A stretch of DNA of 64,000 bases from an uncultured Acidobacteriota bacterium (GCA_963839705.1 CAWIWL010000013.1:453950-517949); one strand, 5' to 3'. Shown: positions 44,792 through 54,091, counted from the first letter of the stretch. A program made the numbers and translations. The notes: generated from the sequence alone by a model not told the origin.

Positions 44792-44943
44792 CGTCCGGCT
44801 AAAGCCGGACACTACGACTGCCACAAAGCCAGCCGCACTGCGACTGACGCAAGTCCCGGCATTCGTAGTGTCCGGCTTTAGCCGGACCGTGCGACTGATC
44901 GCGAATCCCGGCATTCGTAGTGTCCGGCTTTAGCCGGACCGTG
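44792..44943. repeat. Cluster of three gtccggct(t)taaagccggac palindromes, two within ~51-bp tandem copies
   Basis: 'cgactga[t]cgc[a/g]a[g/a]tcccggcattcgtagtgtccggctttagccggaccgtg' appears twice in tandem (44841-44891 and 44892-44943). An inverted-orientation copy lies at 44792-44816. Confidence 0.9.
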
Positions 44944-45046
44944 GGATTACTCTACAGCCCCGCTTCAAAGCCCGTCCGCAGTGCACTGGTACAGTCGATG
45001 CACCTCTTGTCATGGTGGGTATCTGATCACCTAGGAGGGTGTACTG

Positions 45047-45598
45047 ATGACTCGAAAGAAACTCGTGGGCTTCTTCGGCGTAATTGCCGTGGCCGCAGCG
45101 ATGACGGCGGCGTGCGCGCAGTCGGATGCCGGCATCACCACAGCAGTAAAGTCAAAATTTGCCGCGGACGACACGGTCAAGGCCTACCAGATCAATGTCG
45201 ACACCAAGGACAAAATTGTGACACTCAAGGGCGAAGTTGACTCGGCCGCTGCCAGAGACAAGGCCGTCGAAATTGCCCGCGCCACGGATGGCGTTCGCGA
45301 CGTCGTCAATGTGCTCGTGGTTACTCCGGCGACGGCGCCGACGAGCGGTGTCGCCGAGCGCGAGAAAGACACTGGCAACTTGACCGGCGATCCTTTGATC
45401 ACGGCGACTGTGAAAACGAAGATGCTGGCGGATGCGACGGTCAGCGGGTTGAAGATTAACGTCGACACCACGGACGGCGTGGTCAGCCTGACCGGCGACG
45501 TCACGTCGACCATCGAGAAGCGTCGCGCGCTCGAAATCGCACGGGAGACCGACGGCGTGAAGTCGGTCAAGGATGAACTGAAGATCATCAAGAAGTAA
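45047..45598 (+). CDS. Lipoprotein with two BON domains
   Basis: Lipobox-like 'AAAMTAACAQSD'; 'INVDTKDKIVTLKGEVDSAAARDKAVEIARATDGVRDVVNVL' and 'INVDTTDGVVSLTGDVTSTIEKRRALEIARETDGVKSVKDEL'. Confidence 0.93.
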   Translation: MTRKKLVGFFGVIAVAAAMTAACAQSDAGITTAVKSKFAADDTVKAYQINVDTKDKIVTLKGEVDSAAARDKAVEIARATDGVRDVVNVLVVTPATAPTSGVAEREKDTGNLTGDPLITATVKTKMLADATVSGLKINVDTTDGVVSLTGDVTSTIEKRRALEIARETDGVKSVKDELKIIKK

Positions 45599-45652
45599 CC
45601 GATCGTCACGAAGTAACCGATCGTCAGCAGTAACGCCTCAGGTGCGTGGAGT

Positions 45653-47005
45653 CTACCGTTCCGTGTTCGCGGTTGCCGGACGGTAGACTCGGCGCAATTT
45701 CGAGCCCAGCCAGACGAGCCCCGCGAAAACGACCAGGACCGTCAGCCACCTGACAGCGCTCGCCAGCCCGGCAGTGGTCATCGACGGCCAATCGAATCGC
45801 GAGAGATCGCGTCCGCGATCGATCATCCAGTGCCACGCCGTGTGGGCAACGATCGCCGAGATCAGGATCGTGCCCATCCGTTCGGCGACCACGTAGCGGA
45901 ATATCAACTGCAGCGCCGGCACCAGGACGATGAGAACCAGGAGCTGACCGAGCTCGACCCCGACGTTAAACGCGACGAGCGACGTCAGCACGTGCGAGCC
46001 GGCGAACTGCATCGTCTGCCGCAGCGCGAACGAGAACCCGAACCCGTGCACCAGGCCGAACGCCAGCGCGATGATCCAGCGGCTTTGACGGAGATACTCG
46101 GATCCTGCGATGTTCTCGAGCGCCATGTAGACGATCGACGCGGCGATTGCCGTCTCGATGAGCGGCGGGAACCACAGCGCGTCGGGTGCGAGGTCGAATG
46201 CCGAGGCGATGAGCGTGATCGAGTGGGCGATGGTGAAGGCCGTCACCACGAGCACCAGCGGCCGCAAGCGGCGGAACGGAATGACCAGGCAGAGCAGGAA
46301 CAGAAGATGATCGGTGCCGTCGAGAATGTGGAAGAAGCCCAGCTCGACGAAGCGCCAGGCGGCCTGATGCCAGCGCGGATCCAGTCTGACCATCCCCGGA
46401 TCCCCTGCCAGCTCGAACGCCCGCTCGACTCCGTCGGGCGAGCGAAAGCGCAGCGTGGTCACCACGCGGATGCCGAGCCTCGCGAACGCGGGGCGGATCG
46501 AGAACTCCGATCGATCCGACAGGATCGTGTACTCGAAGAGGACGTCCATCAGGCCCTGGTTCCAGACGAGCGCCGTATTCGTTGCGAGCGGCGGTCCGGT
46601 CGTGTGCGCGAGCGCTGTGTCGTACGACGCAAACGACCGATCGGAGGGCAGTGAGATCTGCGTGGCGACGATGCGCGGCGCATCCAGGCGGGTTCCGCCT
46701 TCGTAAAGCGTGATGCTGTCGGCGATCCACAATGTTGCGGCCTGACGGACGGCCGTCTCCGCTCGCGTGAAGTCGATATTATTCTCGTCGCGCGTCGGGA
46801 ACAGGATGTCCCGCATGGCGGCGATCGGCGCGCGCACGAGCAGGTGCAGCCGCTGCCCCTCGGGCCGCAGGAAGGCGTGGACGGTCACGTCGTTCGGGAT
46901 TTCGTGCGCGCGCGGCCGGCTCGGCAGAGCTAGCACGACGACCGCCGTGGTGACGATGAAGAGTGCCGCGAGGCCGCGAGCCTCCGGCCGTCGGTCGATC
47001 GCCAT
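45653..47005 (-). CDS. HupE/UreJ family membrane protein
   Basis: Secreted N-domain 'RAHEIPNDVTVHAFLRPEG', then 'FVELGFFHILDGTDHLLFLLCLVIPFRRLRPLVLVVTAFTIAHSITLIAS...ALAFGLVHGFGFSFAL'. Confidence 0.9.
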   Translation of the reverse strand: MAIDRRPEARGLAALFIVTTAVVVLALPSRPRAHEIPNDVTVHAFLRPEGQRLHLLVRAPIAAMRDILFPTRDENNIDFTRAETAVRQAATLWIADSITLYEGGTRLDAPRIVATQISLPSDRSFASYDTALAHTTGPPLATNTALVWNQGLMDVLFEYTILSDRSEFSIRPAFARLGIRVVTTLRFRSPDGVERAFELAGDPGMVRLDPRWHQAAWRFVELGFFHILDGTDHLLFLLCLVIPFRRLRPLVLVVTAFTIAHSITLIASAFDLAPDALWFPPLIETAIAASIVYMALENIAGSEYLRQSRWIIALAFGLVHGFGFSFALRQTMQFAGSHVLTSLVAFNVGVELGQLLVLIVLVPALQLIFRYVVAERMGTILISAIVAHTAWHWMIDRGRDLSRFDWPSMTTAGLASAVRWLTVLVVFAGLVWLGSKLRRVYRPATANTER

Positions 47006-47073
47006 TCGGCGCAGTGTATACTGGCGGCCAATTGGGGGGAATCCTCAACCGTTCGCATTCGATCACCTTGGCG

Positions 47074-48234
47074 ATGCGTATGAATCGAAGCGCTCTCACC
47101 GCGGCCGTGGCCGTTGCCGCGATCGTCTTCACCGTTTCGGGCCACGCCTGGCAAACCTCGTCTCCCCGCCTCCAGGTCGACCCGCTCTGGCCGAAGCCCC
47201 TGCCGAATCACTGGCTCTTCGGCTCGATCACAGGGGTTGCGGTCGACTCGCAGGACCATGTCTGGGTCGTCCACCGTGGCGCCGCCTCGCTCAACGCGCG
47301 AACGGAGATGAGCGCGGCGACGAACCCGCCGACGGCCGATGAATGCTGTCATCCAGCGCCGCCTGTGCTCGAGTTCGATCAGTCCGGCGCATTGGTCGGC
47401 CACTGGGGCGGGCCGGGCGCGGGCTACGAGTGGCCGCGGTCGCCGGGCGGGATTGCGGTCGATGCTCAGGGCAACGTCTGGATCGCGGCGGCTGGCATTA
47501 CCGAGACTGCCGGCGCTCGCGGCCGTGGCGCCGAGCCTTCCGCTGCTCCGCCCGAGGACGCACACGTCCTGAAGTTCTCGCGGGCGGGGAAGTTCTTGCT
47601 ACAGATTGGGCAGGCGGGGAAGCCTGGCGGCAACGACAGCAAGACCGGATTGCACCGCCCCATGGCCATCGATGTGGACACCGCCGCGAACGAAGTCTAT
47701 GTAGCCGACGGTTTCGGCAACCGGCGCATCGTCGTCTTTGACGCGACGACGGGAGCCTACAAGCGTCACTGGGGCGCGTACGGCGCCGCTCCGGCCGAGG
47801 CCGAGCCGGGTCCGTACAATCCGAGCGCGCCGCCCTCGAAGCAGTTTCGAACCGTCAGCTGCGTCAAGGTCTCGAGCGACGGGCATGTCTACGTCTGCGA
47901 CCGCCTCAATAACCGTATTCAGGTGTTCCGCAAGAACGGCACGTTCGTGAAGGAAACGTCCGTATCGAAGACGACGACCGGCGAGGGCTCGGTGTGGGAT
48001 CTCGCGTTCTCCAGGGATCCACAACAGCGGTTCCTGTTCGTGGCCGACGGCCAGGATCAAAAGGTGTTCGTCCTCGACCGCGACAAGCTCGCGAGCGTGT
48101 CGAGCTTCGGCGGCGGGGGACGGTGGCCGGGCGGATTCTACGGCGTCGGCAGCGTCGCTGTCGACTCGAAGGGCAACGTCTACACGGGAGAGAACTTCGA
48201 AGGCAAGCGCCTGCAGAAGTTCGTCAATAGATGA
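47074..48234 (+). CDS. NHL/beta-propeller repeat secreted protein 1
   Basis: Signal peptide; 'LQVDPLWPKPLPNHWLFGSITGVAVDSQDHVWVVHRGAASL' and repeated 'GIAVDAQGNVWIAAAG', 'VYVADGFGNRRIVVFDATTGAYKRHWGAYG'. Confidence 0.9.
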   Translation: MRMNRSALTAAVAVAAIVFTVSGHAWQTSSPRLQVDPLWPKPLPNHWLFGSITGVAVDSQDHVWVVHRGAASLNARTEMSAATNPPTADECCHPAPPVLEFDQSGALVGHWGGPGAGYEWPRSPGGIAVDAQGNVWIAAAGITETAGARGRGAEPSAAPPEDAHVLKFSRAGKFLLQIGQAGKPGGNDSKTGLHRPMAIDVDTAANEVYVADGFGNRRIVVFDATTGAYKRHWGAYGAAPAEAEPGPYNPSAPPSKQFRTVSCVKVSSDGHVYVCDRLNNRIQVFRKNGTFVKETSVSKTTTGEGSVWDLAFSRDPQQRFLFVADGQDQKVFVLDRDKLASVSSFGGGGRWPGGFYGVGSVAVDSKGNVYTGENFEGKRLQKFVNR

Positions 48235-49415
48235 TCGAGCGACGTGATCTGCTGATCGGGTCGGCGTTTCTGGTATCCATCATCGGGCTTGGCACGGCGT
48301 CGCATGTGCTCGAGCGCGTGGCCGATGCGCAGGATCGCAGTGCGCTCCAGGCGCCGCGCTTCGAGGTCGACCCGCTCTGGCCGAAGCCCTTGCCCAACAA
48401 CTGGCTGCTCGGTCAGGTGATTGGCCTTGGCATCGACTCCCAGGATCACGTGTGGATCGTGCACCGCGTCGACTCGCTCTCCGCAACGGAAGCTGCCGCC
48501 GACCAGAACCCGCCGACCGGGTCGTGCTGCTCGAAGGCGCCGCCCGTGCTCGAGTTCGATCCCGCCGGCAATCTCGTCGGACACTGGGGCGGCCCCGCCG
48601 AGGGCTACGAGTGGCCGACGTCGAACCACGGCATCTTCATCGACCACAAGAACAACGTGTGGATTGGCGGCAACGGCGACAAAGACGCGCACGTCCTGAA
48701 GTTCACGAGGAACGGCAAGCTCCTCATGCAGATCGGGCGGCAGGGCAAGCGCGTCGGCAGCCACGATCTCGAGAACTTCGGCCGCGTCGCGAAGATCTTC
48801 GTCGACGCGAAGACCAACGAGGCGTACATCGCCGACGGCTACCAGAACAAGCGCGTAGTCGTCATCGACGCCGACAGCGGGAAGTTCAAGCGCTACTGGG
48901 GCGCCTACGGGAACAAGCCGGACGACACCGACCTCGGCCGCTACGATCCGAAGGCGCCGCCCGCGCAGCAGTTCCGGACGCCGGTGCACTGCGCCGATCT
49001 GTCGAACGACGGGCTGCTCTACGTCTGCGATCGGCCGAACGATCGCGTTCAGGTGTTCAAGGCCGACGGCACGTTCGTCAAGGAAACCTTCGTCGCGCGC
49101 AACACGCTCGGCGACGGGTCGACCTGGGACGTCGCCTTCTCCAAGGATCCGCAGCAGAAGTATCTCTATCTGGCCGATGGCAAGAACGAGAAGGTCTACG
49201 TCATCGAGCGCGACACGATGCAGATTCTGACGAGCTTCGGCGACGGCGGACGCCAACCCGGCCAGTTCTTCGCGGTGCATAGCATCGCGACCGATTCCAA
49301 GGGCAACCTGTTCACTACCGAAACCTACGAGGGACGACGGCTGCAGAAGTTTGTCTACAAGGGGCTGGCTCCCGTCACCAAGATGGATCAGGGCACCGTC
49401 TGGCCCGCGAGGTAA
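48231..49415 (+). CDS. NHL/beta-propeller repeat secreted protein 2, paralogue of the previous gene
   Basis: ATG overlaps the upstream stop (ATGA); 'FEVDPLWPKPLPNNWLLGQVIGLGIDSQDHVWIVHRVDSL' parallels the upstream protein. Confidence 0.9.
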   Translation: MIERRDLLIGSAFLVSIIGLGTASHVLERVADAQDRSALQAPRFEVDPLWPKPLPNNWLLGQVIGLGIDSQDHVWIVHRVDSLSATEAAADQNPPTGSCCSKAPPVLEFDPAGNLVGHWGGPAEGYEWPTSNHGIFIDHKNNVWIGGNGDKDAHVLKFTRNGKLLMQIGRQGKRVGSHDLENFGRVAKIFVDAKTNEAYIADGYQNKRVVVIDADSGKFKRYWGAYGNKPDDTDLGRYDPKAPPAQQFRTPVHCADLSNDGLLYVCDRPNDRVQVFKADGTFVKETFVARNTLGDGSTWDVAFSKDPQQKYLYLADGKNEKVYVIERDTMQILTSFGDGGRQPGQFFAVHSIATDSKGNLFTTETYEGRRLQKFVYKGLAPVTKMDQGTVWPAR

Positions 49416-49539
49416 GGCACCTGAACGGCCCTCCGCGGCCGACCTGACGATGCGGCGCCGGCTGAGGTGAATCGTTGCCCGCGCAAAGGCGGGGGAAGCA
49501 TCGTATCCTCGACAGATCCTGCTCTACGGAGCGACTCTG

Positions 49540-50808
49540 ATGCCTATTGAAATCAAGATCAACAACTCGCTGAATCCGAACGCGCGTTACATCACGTACG
49601 CCCCGTCACCCTGTCAGATCCGTCAGACACCGTCGAGTAGTGCATTGACGGTGAAGCTGACGAGCAAGGCGGCGAAAACCGGAGGAGGCGTCGCCGTCTT
49701 CTACGCGAATCGGGTGGTGGGAGCCCAACCGGCCGCGACCCTGACCGTGACGCTTCCGGCGAACGGGACCTGGGTGGACTTCGGGCTGGCGGGGAAGCAG
49801 GGCAAACCGAGCGTCGACGATCTCGATTGCCTGCTGATTGCGACTGCGACCGGCGGCGGCGCGAGTCTGACGGTTCCGTTGATGGTGCGTGTCCGCAAGA
49901 ACGCCAACAAGCTCAAAGCCCGCGAGCGAGACCGGTTTCTTCTCGCGCTGGCAAAGCTCAACAGCGTCACCCCGGTGCCCAGCACGTACCAGACGTTGCG
50001 CAACATGCACGTGGACGCCGCCGATCCCGAGGAGCACGCGGGACCGCATTTCCTGCCCTGGCACAGATCGTATCTGCTTGACCTCGAACGTGGGCTGCAG
50101 GCGATCGATCCGTCAGTGTCCATGCACTACTGGCGTTTCGACCAGAAGGCACCCAAGGTGTTTCACAAGCTCTTCATGGGCGAAACGAAGCGGTTGCCTC
50201 TCTCGGCTGATTTCGTTCTTCTTGACCCTGACAATCCGTTGGTGGGGTGGGTCACCGACTCCGAGCCGGGCATCCTCCGGGCGTCAGTCTTCAATACGAA
50301 GACGGAGGCCGCTCCAGGTTTTCCGGGCTTTGAGCTGCTCAACCAGGCCCAGACCCTGGCCCTTGGGCCGAACTACCCCGCATTCCGTGTAATGGAGGGC
50401 ACGCCCCATGGGGCCGCGCACGTCTCGTTCAACGGGTGGATCTCTGACATCCCGACCGCGCCGAAGGATCCGCTGTTCTTCATGCTGCATGCCAACGTGG
50501 ATCGCCTTTGGGCGTTGTGGCAGTGGATGAATGATCGCACCAATCCCGACGATCCAAATACTTACACCGGGCAAAATATCGATGGCCGGCGAGTGAACGA
50601 TACGATGTGGCCGTGGAACGGAGTGATCACGCTGCCTCGTCCGAACTTCGCACCGGGTAGCGGACTTCCAGGTTCGCCGCTGACACCGACACCCGGTGTC
50701 AAGCCAACCATCCGCAACATGATCGACTACCACGGGAGCAGGGTCGCGCTACCCTTGGATTGGCTTGGTTTCAGCTACGACGACGTTCCCTTCGAATTCA
50801 ACCCGTAA
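49540..50808 (+). CDS. Tyrosinase-family (type 3 copper) protein with an extra N-terminal beta-rich domain
   Basis: CuA-like 'NMHVDAADPEEHAGPHFLPWHRSYLLDLERGLQ' and CuB-like 'GTPHGAAHVSFNGW...KDPLFFMLHANVDRLWALWQ'. About 120 aa precede the catalytic region. Confidence 0.92.
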   Translation: MPIEIKINNSLNPNARYITYAPSPCQIRQTPSSSALTVKLTSKAAKTGGGVAVFYANRVVGAQPAATLTVTLPANGTWVDFGLAGKQGKPSVDDLDCLLIATATGGGASLTVPLMVRVRKNANKLKARERDRFLLALAKLNSVTPVPSTYQTLRNMHVDAADPEEHAGPHFLPWHRSYLLDLERGLQAIDPSVSMHYWRFDQKAPKVFHKLFMGETKRLPLSADFVLLDPDNPLVGWVTDSEPGILRASVFNTKTEAAPGFPGFELLNQAQTLALGPNYPAFRVMEGTPHGAAHVSFNGWISDIPTAPKDPLFFMLHANVDRLWALWQWMNDRTNPDDPNTYTGQNIDGRRVNDTMWPWNGVITLPRPNFAPGSGLPGSPLTPTPGVKPTIRNMIDYHGSRVALPLDWLGFSYDDVPFEFNP

Positions 50809-50845
50809 GGGCTCAAAGAGAAACCTCCCGTAAGGGCCAAAGAGG
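50803..50845. repeat. Short direct repeat across the tyrosinase stop / next RBS (ccgtaaggg[c]tcaaagag)
   Basis: 'cccgtaagggctcaaagagaaacctcccgtaagggccaaagaggg', period about 25 bp. Confidence 0.85.
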
Positions 50846-50850
50846 GAGTT

Positions 50851-52839
50851 ATGAGCACGAAAGAGTACCGAAAGAAAATCGCGCAGAGCATTGCGAAAGC
50901 TCAGGCGATACGTTCGAGGTCAACCGGTTCGCAGAACGACCCCGAGCCTCTCCGCAGCATGGTCGCCAACAAGAAAGCCGCGGCGAAGACGCGCGCTGAG
51001 GCACTTGGACGCTTGATGCGCGTGGAAGGTCCAGACGTTGTTCCGGAAACGGCGCTCCAACGCCTTGCCGATCCCAAGGAATCACCGGTCGTGCGCCTCG
51101 CAGCTCTCAGGCTGTTGCAACACAAGCAGATCTTCAGCTCGGCCTCCGCCGAGTGGAGACCCGCCTATCTCGAGGCATTGAGGACGGCTCTCGATGAGCC
51201 CAAGCTGCGAAGCGCGGCCCTGGAGATTCTGTCCGGACTCAAGGACCGAAAGACTCAAGAGTTGCTGCTGGAAGGTATTCGTAAACCAAAACAGGCGCTC
51301 GTGCCCGTGGACCACGCGCTACGGCTGTTGAGCTCGGACATCCACGCCGATGTGCTCGAAGTGGCGCGGAGCCTGGCGAACGATCAACAGAGCCGCAAGA
51401 ACAAGCCCGTGTTCCTGCAGGCACTTCGTATCCTTGCGTCTGACCCGGCCTCGGTCGGGAGGCTCGAGGAGGTGCTGGCGAATGATTCCCATTCAATCGA
51501 TGCAAGAAGACTCGCGGCAACGGCGCTGAATCATCTGTCTCCTGAGAGTCTGAAATCCAAGACCGCCCGAAGCCGATCGGCAAAGGCAGGCTCCAAGACT
51601 GGACGCCCTGTCCAGACACATCGAGACTCTCCAGAGCATCCGGCGATGAAGTCGCCTGCCGTTTCATGCTGTGGTACGCGTGGCCCTGCCGCGGCTGAGA
51701 CGATCGATCTGCGCGCGCCCGAGCAGGTGCGTACGGAGGCTGACCTTATTCGCGTCGTCGAGGTCGGCCGTGGAGACAGTGCCTATACCGAGACGTTTCT
51801 CACGTTGCTCGACGAGCGTCACGCGGTCTACCAGGGCGTGGGCGCGCCAGTCGTGACCCGCATGCGTGGCGCGCTGTTGCTCGCGCTGGGGCATCGCGCC
51901 TTGCCTACGACGGCTCTGCCCTTTGTCATAGAGGAATTGGAGACCGCGCACGACGCGTGGCTGACCGCTGTCGCGGCACACGTGTTGAGGAAGTATCCCG
52001 AACCGTTGCCCTCCTTCGCCCAACCCCTGCTGTCGGCCATTCTCTACATTCGGCATCGGGATGATGTCGTGCGCTTGGCGAACTACGCCGGACACGGACC
52101 GGGCGGCGAAACCACCACTGCCATGGCTGAAGTGATGCGGACGATCGCCTGGCTGGGCCGCTGCGGGATGGACTGTCTCTCGAGCTTGGAGGATCTCGTC
52201 GCGCAGAATCCAGGCCCGGCCACGTCGGCGATGGCGGCCAATGCCATCAAAGCGATCCGCGAGGACGATCAGACGCCAGCCGCGGAATGTGGCGACAGTG
52301 AGGAGGCGCCACGTGGGACCCTCGGCGTTGCCCCGAAGGACATCTCGGGCCTGCGCCTGCAAGACCACTCGGGGGCCGAGTTGAGCTTCGCGGAAGCGTT
52401 TCATGGCCGGCCGTCAATCGTCGTGTTCTTCTACACCCGCTGCGACAACCCCGCGAAATGCCCGTTGACCATGTATAAGTTCGGCAGCTTGCAGCGGCTG
52501 TTGCAGGAATCCGCACTTGGCGATTCGATTGGGACGGCGGCGATCACCTACGACCCGGAATATGACCGCTCGGAGCGCCTGTTGCAGTATGCCCAAAGCT
52601 GGGGAGCCAAGCCGTCGCCGCTGCACCGTGTCCTTCGGACCGTCGGGGAATTCTCAACGCTCCGTGAGTATTTTGGGCTTGGGGTGAATTTCGGCGCGTC
52701 GGGAATCGTGAATCGGCACAAGCTCGAGGCCTTCGTGCTCGACACGAAAGGCCACATCGCTCACGTCGTCACTCGTCGTCGTTGGGACGAAGCGCAACTG
52801 GTACGTCTTGCGACCTCTCTAGTGGGAGCACCTTCCTAG
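50851..52839 (+). CDS. HEAT-repeat protein fused to a C-terminal Sco1/SenC-like thioredoxin-fold domain
   Basis: N-terminal alpha repeats ('SPVVRLAALRLLQHKQIFSS...YLEALRTALDEPKLRSAALEILSGLKDRKTQELL'). C-terminal 'ISGLRLQDHSGAELSFAEAFHGRPSIVVFFYTRCDNPAKCPLTMYKFGSLQRLLQ...VNRHKLEAFVLDTKGHIAHV'. Confidence 0.85.
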   Translation: MSTKEYRKKIAQSIAKAQAIRSRSTGSQNDPEPLRSMVANKKAAAKTRAEALGRLMRVEGPDVVPETALQRLADPKESPVVRLAALRLLQHKQIFSSASAEWRPAYLEALRTALDEPKLRSAALEILSGLKDRKTQELLLEGIRKPKQALVPVDHALRLLSSDIHADVLEVARSLANDQQSRKNKPVFLQALRILASDPASVGRLEEVLANDSHSIDARRLAATALNHLSPESLKSKTARSRSAKAGSKTGRPVQTHRDSPEHPAMKSPAVSCCGTRGPAAAETIDLRAPEQVRTEADLIRVVEVGRGDSAYTETFLTLLDERHAVYQGVGAPVVTRMRGALLLALGHRALPTTALPFVIEELETAHDAWLTAVAAHVLRKYPEPLPSFAQPLLSAILYIRHRDDVVRLANYAGHGPGGETTTAMAEVMRTIAWLGRCGMDCLSSLEDLVAQNPGPATSAMAANAIKAIREDDQTPAAECGDSEEAPRGTLGVAPKDISGLRLQDHSGAELSFAEAFHGRPSIVVFFYTRCDNPAKCPLTMYKFGSLQRLLQESALGDSIGTAAITYDPEYDRSERLLQYAQSWGAKPSPLHRVLRTVGEFSTLREYFGLGVNFGASGIVNRHKLEAFVLDTKGHIAHVVTRRRWDEAQLVRLATSLVGAPS

Positions 52840-52948
52840 TCGACACACGCCTTAAGCTGCAACCTCTGAGCCGGTGGTGCTATTGTGTTGACGCGAACCT
52901 GCCTCGGCGTTCGTCCCATGCATTTTCGACAACGAAACTGACGCTCGC

Positions 52949-53905
52949 ATGAAGGCCGCTGTCCGGTCACGCTACGGTCCGCCCGACGTTCTCAGCGTCC
53001 GGGATATAGAGAAGCCGGTACCGAAGGACGGCGAGATCCTGATCCGGGTACATGCCGCCAGCGTCAACAGAAGCGACTACCACGTACTTACCGGTGTGCC
53101 GTGGCCGATGAGATGTTTCACCGGTCTTTTCCGGCCGACGCTGGCGTCGACTGGGACAGACTTTGCCGGCCACATCGAATCGACTGGTTCGAAGGTACGA
53201 CGGTTCAAGCCTGGCGAGAACGTGATGGGCTTTGGTGGAGTATTCGGGGTTGGATCGCACGCACAGTATCTTGCATTCGACGAGAGTCGTGGCGTTGTCT
53301 CCATGCCGGACAACGTGACCTACGTGCAGGCGGCCGCGTGTCTCGAAGGCGCGTACTACGCTGCTACTGGTCTGACGCAGATAAACCCGCGCGCCGGACA
53401 GAAAGCGCTCGTCTATGGCGCAACCGGCGCGATCGGATCCGCCTACGTTCAGTTGCTGAGATGCTGGGGCTTGTGTGTGACGGCCGTATGCGCTGGAGAA
53501 CATCGAGAACTCATGATCTCGTTGGGTGCTGACAAGGTGGTTGACTACAAGACCGAAGACTTCACGCGTGATACCGAGCGGTACGATTTCATCTTCGACG
53601 CGGTCGATAAGACCACTTATGGAGCCTGTCGAAAGCTGATGCAGAACGACGGTGTGTACACGTCGTCAGGCGGCTTTGAGAACCTATTCCTCGCGCTCAT
53701 CACGCGACTGCACGGGCGAAAGAGAGTGATCTTCCTCGGCCCGAAGGACATTCCCGGCAACCTGAGTTTGATCAAGGATTTGGTGGAGAAGGGACGCTTC
53801 AAACCGGTGATCGACAGACAGTACCCCATCGAAAAGATATCGGAGGCGTTTGAGTACGTCGCGACGGGCCAGAAGATCGGCAACGTGATCGTGACGATGG
53901 ACTGA
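52949..53905 (+). CDS. Zinc-type alcohol dehydrogenase / quinone oxidoreductase-like NAD(P)-dependent enzyme
   Basis: 'MKAAVRSRYGPPDVLSVRDIEKPVPKDGEILIRVHAASVNRSDYHVLTG...GTDFAGHIESTGSKVRRFKPGENVMGF...GQKALVYGATGAIGSAYVQL'. Confidence 0.94.
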   Translation: MKAAVRSRYGPPDVLSVRDIEKPVPKDGEILIRVHAASVNRSDYHVLTGVPWPMRCFTGLFRPTLASTGTDFAGHIESTGSKVRRFKPGENVMGFGGVFGVGSHAQYLAFDESRGVVSMPDNVTYVQAAACLEGAYYAATGLTQINPRAGQKALVYGATGAIGSAYVQLLRCWGLCVTAVCAGEHRELMISLGADKVVDYKTEDFTRDTERYDFIFDAVDKTTYGACRKLMQNDGVYTSSGGFENLFLALITRLHGRKRVIFLGPKDIPGNLSLIKDLVEKGRFKPVIDRQYPIEKISEAFEYVATGQKIGNVIVTMD

Positions 53906-53924
53906 CGTGCCTTGCCACGCCTTC

Positions 53925-54091
53925 TCCTTCGCTAAACCACCGAGTCCGCACTCAGGAGTGGCCGTTAGTGTCTCAGCCGGTGGGAGCAGCGCGTGCGTGT
54001 CCGTGAATCGTCGGGTGAGCCTCAACGCAGTCGATGCGCCCGTATCCACCAGGAGCTTCGCGGCAATCGGCGGACGCCTCTCCGGCAAGCG
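53925..54091 (-). pseudogene. Fragment of a retropepsin-like aspartyl protease protein
   Basis: Minus frame reads 'RPPIAAKLLVDTGASTALRLTRRFTDTHALLPPAETLTATPECGLGGLAKE', with the DTGA aspartyl protease motif and no flanking continuation on either side. Confidence 0.5.
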
